Shown: piece by piece, positions 9,245-16,444 of the stretch
Position numbering within the stretch: position 1 is the stretch's first letter
Layout: every line of letters begins with the position of its first letter
Assembly: GCA_964392495.1 (NCBI GenBank)
Contig: CAYMQX010000001.1
Location: 1-28,425 of the forward strand
Direction: 5' to 3'
Source: an uncultured Anaerolineaceae bacterium
Lineage (GTDB): Bacteria > Chloroflexota > Anaerolineae > Anaerolineales > Villigracilaceae
Length of the DNA: 28,425 nucleotides
Notes under the pieces: model-generated
The model's database searches: none
Told to the model about the DNA's origin: nothing
What the model saw: only the letters and a program-made list of their open reading frames with translations
Program-made: the position numbers and the translations under genes

Positions 9245-10177
9245 ATGGAAGATCGAATTATTACCTACGGTGGACAGGCTGTAATCGAGGGCGTGATGAT
9301 GCGCGGTCAGAAGACATTCGCCATCGGAATGCGCGCTCCGGATGGAAACATCGTTGTTCATACAGAACAGCTTGCGGCCGTCTACCGTTCCAAAATTACA
9401 GGTATCCCGTTTCTTCGTGGGGTGATCCTTCTTTGGGATGCGCTGGGGCTGGGCATGCGTGCCTTGACCATCTCGGCAAATAACCAGACAGGTGAAGATG
9501 AGAAGCTGGAAGGGCCGACCCTTTACCTGACCCTGGCAGTCTCGTTAGGGCTGGGTATCGGGCTGTTCTTTCTGCTTCCAGCGTTGATTGGAGGATGGGT
9601 GGAGCATGTCATGGCACGGGGGGCCGGAGCGGTGGGAGTATCGTCTGCTGCAATCGCTCCCGGGTTGTGGGTCGGCAACCTTCTGGAGGGGTTTCTCAGG
9701 CTTGTTTTGCTGGTCGGGTATATTTGGGCGATCGGATTCATGCCGGATGTACGGCGCTTGTTCGGATATCACGGTGCCGAACACAAGACCATCAATGCTT
9801 TTGAGGCTGGCGCAGAGCTTACGCCGGAATCGGTGGCAGGGTTCTCTGTGGAGCACCCGCGCTGTGGGACGGCCTTCATGCTTACCCTGGTACTGATCTC
9901 CATCCTGGTATTCACAGCGCTTGGACCGCTGCCCCTGCTCTGGCGGTTGGCGAGCCGGGTACTGCTGATCCCTGTACTGGCGGGCCTGGCCGTGGAATAT
10001 ATCCGCTGGACCGCCAACCACCTCAAAAACCCACTGGTCCGGTGGCTGATCAAGCCCAGCCTGGCGCTGCAGCACCTGACGACCCGTGAACCGGACCTAT
10101 CCATGCTGGAGGTGGCAATCGCTTCCTTCAAGAATATGCGTAAGGCAGAGGATGGGCAGGTCCCACTCCCGGTTTAG
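9245..10177 (+). CDS. DUF1385 (YqhQ-like) membrane protein
   Basis: YGGQAVIEGVMMRG, FGYHGAEHKTIN, HPRCGTAF, LQHLTTREPD and multiple TM helices. ATG at 9245 follows GGAG. Confidence 0.9.
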   Translation: MEDRIITYGGQAVIEGVMMRGQKTFAIGMRAPDGNIVVHTEQLAAVYRSKITGIPFLRGVILLWDALGLGMRALTISANNQTGEDEKLEGPTLYLTLAVSLGLGIGLFFLLPALIGGWVEHVMARGAGAVGVSSAAIAPGLWVGNLLEGFLRLVLLVGYIWAIGFMPDVRRLFGYHGAEHKTINAFEAGAELTPESVAGFSVEHPRCGTAFMLTLVLISILVFTALGPLPLLWRLASRVLLIPVLAGLAVEYIRWTANHLKNPLVRWLIKPSLALQHLTTREPDLSMLEVAIASFKNMRKAEDGQVPLPV

Positions 10178-10224
10178 CTCACGATTCATCCTTTGCTTAA
10201 CCGAAACCCCTATAATCCGATGGC

Positions 10225-11109
10225 ATGAAGCTTTTCAGGCCGGGCAAGGTATTATGGATCGTTTTAATATTGGCGGGCTTTCTGGCATTGGGGGTGACTT
10301 ATCATTTCTATGATCGCGGGCGGCCGGCACCCATACCCATCAAAAAGAAGCTATATACCGGCGTGACCTATCGCCGGATGGTGCGCTACGCTCCTCATTT
10401 CAGAATCGCACATGTCTTGACGATCGACCGCCGGACACCGGGCTTGCAGCTTTTTGTCACCCCTGCGGATCAGGCAGAAGAAGAACCGCTTCTGGCGCGG
10501 ACCACTTCTGAATTCACGGAGGAATTCGATGTCCAGATCGCGGTGAATGGGGATGGTTTCTTTCCCTGGTGGTCACGCAGCCTGGCGGATTACTATCCTC
10601 ATTCCGGTGATCCGGTGACGCCCAACGGCCTGGCTGCATCGGAAGGCTTTATTTATTCGCGGGGTGAGAGGCTGCCTCCTGAGCCGACCCTGTTCATCAG
10701 CAGGAGAGGCGAACTGACCTTCAACCGGATACCCAATCGGGTGCAATCTGCCATATCAGGCGACCGGATGATCGTCCTCAAGGGTGAACCGGTGCCCGGC
10801 CTTGATCCGAATGAACTGGATCCCCGCACGGCGGTGGGTCTCAGCAAGAACGGTCGCTGGCTGTATCTTGTCGTGATCGACGGACGCCAGCCTTTTTACA
10901 GCGTGGGGGCATCATTTTCCGAACTGGCAGATTTGATGGTCGAGGTGGGAGCTTATACAGCCATGAATCTGGATGGAGGCGGTTCATCCACCATGGTGAT
11001 CGAGGATGCCGACGGTCAGGTACAGGTGGTTAACTCACCGATCGACAGTTATATTCCAGGTCGTGAAAGACCGGTAGCCAATCACCTGGGGATCTACCTG
11101 CGAAAATGA
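10225..11109 (+). CDS. Phosphodiester glycosidase (NAGPA-like) family exported protein
   Basis: N-terminal basic plus hydrophobic segment, AVNGDGF, PRTAVG, LVVIDGRQ, AMNLDGGGSSTM and ERPVAN. Confidence 0.88.
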   Translation: MKLFRPGKVLWIVLILAGFLALGVTYHFYDRGRPAPIPIKKKLYTGVTYRRMVRYAPHFRIAHVLTIDRRTPGLQLFVTPADQAEEEPLLARTTSEFTEEFDVQIAVNGDGFFPWWSRSLADYYPHSGDPVTPNGLAASEGFIYSRGERLPPEPTLFISRRGELTFNRIPNRVQSAISGDRMIVLKGEPVPGLDPNELDPRTAVGLSKNGRWLYLVVIDGRQPFYSVGASFSELADLMVEVGAYTAMNLDGGGSSTMVIEDADGQVQVVNSPIDSYIPGRERPVANHLGIYLRK

Positions 11110-11122
11110 ACCTCTCTTGCGG

Positions 11123-11938
11123 CTAGAAGGCAATCTCACCGATCTGCTCGAAATCCAGATCGTTTTCAGCCTGCAGCCCCCACTCCGCATCGCGATCAGA
11201 TTCCGCTGCGGCGGCCTGGCCCCTTTCACAATATGAACGATAGGTGCAGTAACTGCATTTGGACACATCATCAGTTTTGAGAAAATCCCGGATGGTGAGA
11301 ATCTCTGCGGAGATCGCTTCGATCGCATCCCAGTCGCGCTGGAATTTGGCGGGGCTATATTCAAAGACCTCAGACCTATCTGGAAATTCAGGGAACCAGT
11401 ATTGCATTTTGATGTTCTGCGGCGGAACTGTCTCTCTGCCCACCAGGAAGCCTCCGGAGCGTACCAGCAGGGCGGGATAAACGCGGGTCTGCCAGCGCGA
11501 CTCAAGCCAATCCCTGCGCGGCTGATGGGTATATGTCTTCCAGTCGTAGATCAGGAGATTTTCACCGCGGATGGCGATCAGGTCATATTTGGCCGTGATG
11601 CGCACCGAACCGGCGTGGGCGGACAAAGAATATTCAGGAAACAAGGCGCTGTCATGGGTTATGGGACTATGTTCGAGGAAATTCAGCCACCAACGACTCA
11701 GGTTGGGCGTGGCGGCCATACGACCCAATTTCTCCCCATCCATTCCCAGGAGCATCTGTTGAACCAGGCGATGGAATAGCTGGCCCTCCTGCTGCTTTTT
11801 TTCATTCTCCAGTCCCGGCTCGGATTCCAGCGCAGGATAGGTCAGATGGTCCAGGTAATGCAGTTTGAAGCGCCTGGGACAATCTGCGTAATCCTGGATC
11901 GAGGATTGTGAAAGCATGATCTGGGAACGTTCAGTCAT
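11123..11938 (-). CDS. Stand-alone PD-(D/E)XK nuclease, RecB/AddB/Cas4-like, with predicted 4Fe-4S staple
   Basis: LSQSSIQDYADCPRRF, GQLFH, AKYDLI, IYDWKT and WQTRVY (QxxxY), plus C-terminal CSYCTYRSYC. That gives one N-terminal and three C-terminal Cys. Confidence 0.88.
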   Translation of the reverse strand: MTERSQIMLSQSSIQDYADCPRRFKLHYLDHLTYPALESEPGLENEKKQQEGQLFHRLVQQMLLGMDGEKLGRMAATPNLSRWWLNFLEHSPITHDSALFPEYSLSAHAGSVRITAKYDLIAIRGENLLIYDWKTYTHQPRRDWLESRWQTRVYPALLVRSGGFLVGRETVPPQNIKMQYWFPEFPDRSEVFEYSPAKFQRDWDAIEAISAEILTIRDFLKTDDVSKCSYCTYRSYCERGQAAAAESDRDAEWGLQAENDLDFEQIGEIAF

Positions 11939-11966
11939 GGGGTGCCTTTCAGGAAAGGATTTTACC

Positions 11967-12902
11967 TCAGGCCGACTGTTTCGACTTGAGATCCTCCCGG
12001 GAGGCTGTCCTTATTCGGGTGATCTGTACGAGTAGAACGCCCACACCCACCAGAACCAAGCCCAGAATCTCCTTGAGAGTGAGATTCTCTTTCAGGAACA
12101 ACCAGGCCAGCACGGCGATTTGCGGCATCATCAGGCTGTTGATCACGCTGGCTTCGATGGCGGTAAGACTTTGCAGCGTGTTGTTCCAAACCGTGAATGC
12201 AAAAGCGGTATTGATCACTGCCAGCCAGAGGACGATCAGCCAATCCACGGCCGCTATTTTTCCCATTCCCTGTGTTAGGATTCCGATCAGGAGCATGGGA
12301 AACGAACCGGCTGCCATGCTGACGAAGGTAACCATCAGAGGGGAGTAGATGCGGCTGCGGTTGATGTGGCGTCCCAGTAGCGAGCCGAGGACGTTACAGA
12401 TCATGCAGAGCAGCGCAAGGGTAATACCGATCCATTGAGAACCGGAAATGGCAATTGGAAGAAAATACAGCCCCACCCCCAGGATGGTGATGACGGTCCC
12501 TGCCTGCTGCAAGGGGGAAGGGATTTCCCGCAGGACGAAGATACCGGCGATGCCCACCAGAAGGGAACTCAGGTTAAGAACCAGGCTCGTCATGGCCGCA
12601 GGAAGATAGGCGAGAGCCGCGTACTGCAAAGCCTGGGTCAGGCCGACGATCAGGACTCCGAGCAGAATTAAAATTCTCCAGTCCCTGGTTTTCAGGGATC
12701 GAAGCTCGCGGCGATAAGCGGGGTTCAGCAGGACAAATGGCGCCAGGCAGAAGAAAGCCAGGGTGTAACGGAGACCCGCAAAGGTGACGGGTGAAAGGTC
12801 GGATCGCAATCCTATTTTGATAAGGATCCACGATGTTGACCATAGGAAGGTTACGAAAACGGCCTGCAGCCTTGCTGCCAAATGAGAGGGGACGCGGGGC
12901 AT
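11967..12902 (-). CDS. EamA/DMT family transporter
   Basis: About 10 hydrophobic segments in two EamA repeats (FLWSTSWILIK, FAGLRY, AFAFTVWN, WLFLKENL). Confidence 0.9.
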   Translation of the reverse strand: MPRVPSHLAARLQAVFVTFLWSTSWILIKIGLRSDLSPVTFAGLRYTLAFFCLAPFVLLNPAYRRELRSLKTRDWRILILLGVLIVGLTQALQYAALAYLPAAMTSLVLNLSSLLVGIAGIFVLREIPSPLQQAGTVITILGVGLYFLPIAISGSQWIGITLALLCMICNVLGSLLGRHINRSRIYSPLMVTFVSMAAGSFPMLLIGILTQGMGKIAAVDWLIVLWLAVINTAFAFTVWNNTLQSLTAIEASVINSLMMPQIAVLAWLFLKENLTLKEILGLVLVGVGVLLVQITRIRTASREDLKSKQSA

Positions 12903-12908
12903 GGATCG

Positions 12909-12967
12909 ATTATGCCAGAGAATCAGAGCGCGCTGATGCGGAAGATAACAGACAAATCAGATATAAT
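12909..12967. promoter_or_regulatory. Back-to-back -10 elements for EamA (minus) and the ABC-F leader (plus), both apparently leaderless
   Basis: Minus: TG-G-CATAAT (12917-12909), 6 nt before the ATG at 12902. Plus: TATAAT (12962-12967), 7 nt before the ATG at 12975. Neither ATG has an SD, and no convincing -35 was found. Confidence 0.55.
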
Positions 12968-12974
12968 AGCCGGT

Positions 12975-13070
12975 ATGATCCTGGTGAATGAACGCGGTCG
13001 AGCGGCGATCTTCAGAGGTGTACGGGGCTTTATTTTCGGGTGGCCTCCTCGAATCGCGCCTGCCCGCTGA
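12975..13070 (+). CDS. Putative 31-aa leader peptide MILVNERGRAAIFRGVRGFIFGWPPRIAPAR (uORF of the ABC-F attenuator)
   Basis: The ATG lies 7 nt after a perfect TATAAT. The stop lies 25 nt before a strong terminator, and the 3' codons overlap the antiterminator arm. Confidence 0.55.
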   Translation: MILVNERGRAAIFRGVRGFIFGWPPRIAPAR

Positions 13071-13094
13071 GACAACCGGATTGTTGATCTCTAC

Positions 13095-13122
13095 AACCGC
13101 AGGCATTCCTGCGGTTTTTTTT
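13095..13122 (+). terminator. Intrinsic terminator (attenuator) in the ABC-F 5' leader
   Basis: aaccgcagg (13095-13103), CATT loop, cctgcggtt (13108-13116) and an 8-T tract (13115-13122). It ends 45 nt upstream of the ABC-F start, and no full-length plus-strand gene ends here. Confidence 0.85.
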
Positions 13123-13167
13123 GTTTATGTTCCACATTTTTTCTTGTTACATGGGTCGAGGAAATCA

Positions 13168-14796
13168 ATGATACAGATCCAACTTTCCAATGTAACCTTG
13201 GTGCTTGGCGCCAAAAGAATTTTTGACAGCCTGAACTGGGAGATCCAGGCGGGGCAGAAAGTCGGTCTGATCGGAGTGAACGGGGCGGGAAAATCATCCC
13301 TTTTCCGCCTTATTCTGGGAGAGTACTCTTCGGAGTTGGGAGGTGCGGTCACGCGGGGACGCCATGTGACCGTGGGCTGTCTATCGCAAGACCCGGAACT
13401 GGACCCTGCCCAGACCGCCCTGGATGCGGCCTTGCTGGGCAATCCCAGGATCGCCGAACTGGAAACCCAACTCCAGCAGGTGGAATCCAGTTTGGGCGAT
13501 CCATCCGTGTACCAGGATGAACGGAAACTGCAGAATGCATTGGAAAGGCAGCATAAACTGAATGAAGAATATCACAGGTTGGGCGGTGAGTCCTATGCCG
13601 GGCGCGTGCGAGAAGTTTTGAGGGGACTGGGCCTCGAGGTGACGGATTTTAACAGGCCAGTGGCGACGCTGAGTGGCGGTCAAAAGAAGCTGGTGGGCCT
13701 GGCTCGCCTGCTGCTGGTCCGCCCGGATGTGCTGCTGTTGGATGAACCCGACAACCATCTTGACCTGCCGGGAAAGGCCTTCCTGGAGAAGCTGATCCGT
13801 GATTATGAAGGCACAGTCGTATTGATCTCACACGATCGCTATCTGCTGGATGCAGTTGTTACACACATTGCAGAACTGGAGAACAACAAACTGCAGATCT
13901 ATCAAGGCGATTACTCCTCGTATGCAGCGGAGAAAGAAATCCGGTTGGCGAGGCAGGAGGAATTGTTCAAAGCGCAGAGTCAGGAGATCACACGTCTCGA
14001 GAGCGCCATCAAGCGTTTTGCCATCTGGGGCAAGGTGTACGATAACGAAAAATTCGCAGCCAAGGCCAAGAGCATGCAAAAGCGGCTTGATAAGATGGAC
14101 AGGATCGAGAAACCATTATCGAACCGGCGCCGAATGGAGCTGGATCTGGGTGGATGGCGCGGCTCCAACAAGGTGCTGGAACTGAAGCATGTGCAGAAGA
14201 GGTTCGGAGACCGGTGTATCTTTACGGACCTCCATGAGACGATCCGGCATGGGGAACGCGTGGGGTTGATCGGACCGAACGGTGCAGGGAAATCCGTACT
14301 GATGCGCATGGTCCTGGGAATGGAAAAGACCGATGCAGGTGAGATAAAGATCGGTCCCAGCGTGCGGATCGGATGGTATTCACAAGAGCATGAATCACTC
14401 GATCCCGACAAGACTCTGATCGAGCAGGTCCGCTATGCGGGCGGGATGAGCGAAACGCGGGCGACCGCCTTTCTGCTCCGATATCTTTTCACTTACAAAC
14501 AGGCTTCCCAGAGGATCCGGGAACTCTCGGGTGGTGAGCGCAGCCGCTTGCAGCTTGCATTGGTGGTGCTATCGGGGGCCAACCTCCTGCTGCTGGATGA
14601 GCCGACCAATAACCTGGATATCAGCTCAGCGGAGACGCTGGAGGCCGCCCTGGAAGAATTTGAGGGCACGGTGCTGGTAATCTCTCATGACCGTTATTTC
14701 CTTGATCGGACCGTCCAACGATTGCTGGCGATCGAGGGAAATGATCTGGTCTCTTATACAGGCGGTTACAGCGAATATCTTTCCCGAAGGAGCTGA
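13168..14796 (+). CDS. ABC-F family ribosome-associated ATPase
   Basis: Two NBDs (GVNGAGKS / LSGGQKK / LLLDEPDNHLD and GPNGAGKS / LSGGERSR / LLLDEPTNNLD) joined by a helical linker, with no TM segments. Start MIQIQLS at 13168 follows GAGGA. The ORF-track extension to 12988 runs through the terminator. Confidence 0.94.
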   Translation: MIQIQLSNVTLVLGAKRIFDSLNWEIQAGQKVGLIGVNGAGKSSLFRLILGEYSSELGGAVTRGRHVTVGCLSQDPELDPAQTALDAALLGNPRIAELETQLQQVESSLGDPSVYQDERKLQNALERQHKLNEEYHRLGGESYAGRVREVLRGLGLEVTDFNRPVATLSGGQKKLVGLARLLLVRPDVLLLDEPDNHLDLPGKAFLEKLIRDYEGTVVLISHDRYLLDAVVTHIAELENNKLQIYQGDYSSYAAEKEIRLARQEELFKAQSQEITRLESAIKRFAIWGKVYDNEKFAAKAKSMQKRLDKMDRIEKPLSNRRRMELDLGGWRGSNKVLELKHVQKRFGDRCIFTDLHETIRHGERVGLIGPNGAGKSVLMRMVLGMEKTDAGEIKIGPSVRIGWYSQEHESLDPDKTLIEQVRYAGGMSETRATAFLLRYLFTYKQASQRIRELSGGERSRLQLALVVLSGANLLLLDEPTNNLDISSAETLEAALEEFEGTVLVISHDRYFLDRTVQRLLAIEGNDLVSYTGGYSEYLSRRS

Positions 14797-14885
14797 GCGG
14801 ATATCAGCCAGGGCGCTGCATCTTGCATTCCGGATGAAGAAAATCGTCTTATAATTTGCTCATATTTGATTTGAGGAGATACGAC

Positions 14886-16085
14886 ATGGCTGTAAAAAAG
14901 CCAGGTGTAATTGCCATCCTGACCGGCGGCGGTGATGTACCGGGTCTCAATCCCGCCATTCGCGCGGTCACCATCCGCGCCCTGAGGGAGGGATGCAAGG
15001 TGATCGGGATCCGGCGCGGATGGGCGGGGCTGACAGAAATTATCCGGGAAAAAGATGCTGATAACAGCGGGAATTTTACAAACCTGACGGAAGAAATCGT
15101 AAATCGCGCCGGGCGCACCGGCGGAACCTTTCTGCATACCTCGCGCACCAACCCCGCGCGCATGCGGAAATCGGATGTTCCCGAGATTCTGCGCGACAAA
15201 TATATGGACGATAAAAACGATGTTACCCAGGAGGTGCTTAAGAACCTTGACTTCCTTGGGGTGGATACCATCATCCCCATCGGTGGGGACGATACACTTT
15301 CTTATGCGGTCCGGCTCTATCAGGAAGGGGTCAAGATCGTCGCGATCCCCAAGACCATGGACAATGATGTGCCGGGCACGGATTATTGCATCGGCTTCAG
15401 CACCTGTGTCACCCGAACGATCGCGCTGGCCAACAGTCTGCGTACCATTGCCGGTTCGCATGAGCGCTTCCTGGTATTGGAAGTTTTTGGACGCTATGCG
15501 GGGTTCACCGCCATGCTGCCCACCATGGCCGGAGCCGCCAACCGCTGTGTGATTCCGGAGTACCGGTTCGATGTTGACCACCTGACCAGCCTGATGAGCA
15601 AGGACCGAATGCAGAACCCCAGCCGATACTCAATCCTGCTGGTATCTGAAGGTGCCATGTTCGAAGGCGGAGAAATGGTGTTTGAGAAGATGGAGACCGA
15701 CGCCTATGGCCATTCAAAGCTTGGCGGGGTCGGAGATCTGGTCTCGGCCGCCATGCGCGGAATTTCGCCAAAATACAATAACGGGCACACCGTGGAGGCC
15801 GTAACCCAGAAACTGGGCTATATGGTGCGAGGCGGGGACCCCGACGCGATCGACTCGGTAGTGCCGATGGCATTTGGGAACCTGGCCCTGGACTTGATTC
15901 TGAAGGGGATCCACGGCCGGCTGGTGGTACTGAAGAACGGCCGCTATGATAACGTCCCCCTGGATGTGATCACATCCACCAAGAAGCTGGTCAATGTGAA
16001 CCAGTTCTATGATATGGAACGCTACCGTCCCAAGTACGAGAATTTTGAACTTAAGCCACTGTTCATCATGACAAGTGAGCTTTAA
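14886..16085 (+). CDS. pfkA: PfkA-family 6-phosphofructokinase, probably PPi-dependent
   Basis: TGGGDVPGLN, GGTFLHTSR, IGGDDT, PKTMDND and LGYMVRGG. SD GAGGAG precedes the ATG at 14886. Confidence 0.92.
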   Translation: MAVKKPGVIAILTGGGDVPGLNPAIRAVTIRALREGCKVIGIRRGWAGLTEIIREKDADNSGNFTNLTEEIVNRAGRTGGTFLHTSRTNPARMRKSDVPEILRDKYMDDKNDVTQEVLKNLDFLGVDTIIPIGGDDTLSYAVRLYQEGVKIVAIPKTMDNDVPGTDYCIGFSTCVTRTIALANSLRTIAGSHERFLVLEVFGRYAGFTAMLPTMAGAANRCVIPEYRFDVDHLTSLMSKDRMQNPSRYSILLVSEGAMFEGGEMVFEKMETDAYGHSKLGGVGDLVSAAMRGISPKYNNGHTVEAVTQKLGYMVRGGDPDAIDSVVPMAFGNLALDLILKGIHGRLVVLKNGRYDNVPLDVITSTKKLVNVNQFYDMERYRPKYENFELKPLFIMTSEL

Positions 16086-16103
16086 TCCCCGATGGAAGGA
16101 TAT

Positions 16104-16134
16104 AAAGAACCCCGCCTGAAAGGCGGGGCTCTTT
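16104..16134. terminator. Intrinsic terminator between convergent pfk and emfourin genes
   Basis: ccccgcc (16110-16116) / ggcgggg (16122-16128), extended by aaaga/tcttt. On the minus strand it reads aaagagccccgcc-tttca-ggcggggttcttt. Confidence 0.8.
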
Positions 16135-16141
16135 GCGTATT

Positions 16142-16444
16142 CTATTTGGAGCGGGCGCGTGTACGCTTGGAAAGTTCCTGGATCAGCGGGCGCAGATTTG
16201 AAGGCACACTGGTGTCATTGACGCGGACCGTATGTTCAAAATTCTCGGTCTCCACGGTAATCCGGTAACTATAAGTATCACGCGCGGGGCGCGGGGCGAG
16301 ATCCTGGTCCAGATCCAGGAAGTGCGCCTCCTGCAGAAGCTCCCGTATCATGCTGACCTGTTCCGGCGGAAGATCGTCCAGGTCCAGGACGAGGTTTACC
16401 GTGCGGCCCATAAAACCGCCGCTCTGTTCAAAGACGATGCGCAT
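16142..16444 (-). CDS. Emfourin-like protealysin inhibitor
   Basis: 100 aa, MRIVFEQSGGFMG...D.YSYRITVE....HTVRVND...P..LRPLI. It lies directly after an M4 protease with a TGATG stop/start overlap and SD GGAGGA. Confidence 0.88.
   Translation of the reverse strand: MRIVFEQSGGFMGRTVNLVLDLDDLPPEQVSMIRELLQEAHFLDLDQDLAPRPARDTYSYRITVETENFEHTVRVNDTSVPSNLRPLIQELSKRTRARSK

Noticed and set aside
11123-11938. Cas4-like nuclease as a sign of a CRISPR-Cas locus
   Set aside because: There is no repeat-spacer array and no cas1, cas2 or effector genes in the window, and the neighbours are housekeeping genes.
13077-13099. Alternative antiterminator cgg-a-ttgt / acaaccg
   Set aside because: It has only 7 bp with a bulge and is weaker than both the terminator and the 13051-13063 / 13099-13108 helix. 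I kept it only as a possible folding intermediate.
12988-13167. 60-aa N-terminal extension of the ABC-F given by the ORF track
   Set aside because: It crosses the intrinsic terminator and T tract and has no SD. The ATG at 13168 has an SD and matches the normal start of NBD1.
13168-14796. ABC-F as the missing ATPase for the orphan peptide-binding protein
   Set aside because: The twin-NBD plus linker architecture is that of ribosome-binding ABC-F proteins, not OppD/OppF.
14823-14855. TTGCAT...TATAAT promoter for pfk
   Set aside because: The spacing is 21 bp. The -10 may be real, but the pair is not supportable as a canonical promoter.
14766-15581. 271-aa minus-strand ORF
   Set aside because: It lies antisense to the well-supported pfk and has no recognisable motifs. 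The other short overlapping ORFs in the track were rejected for the same reason.
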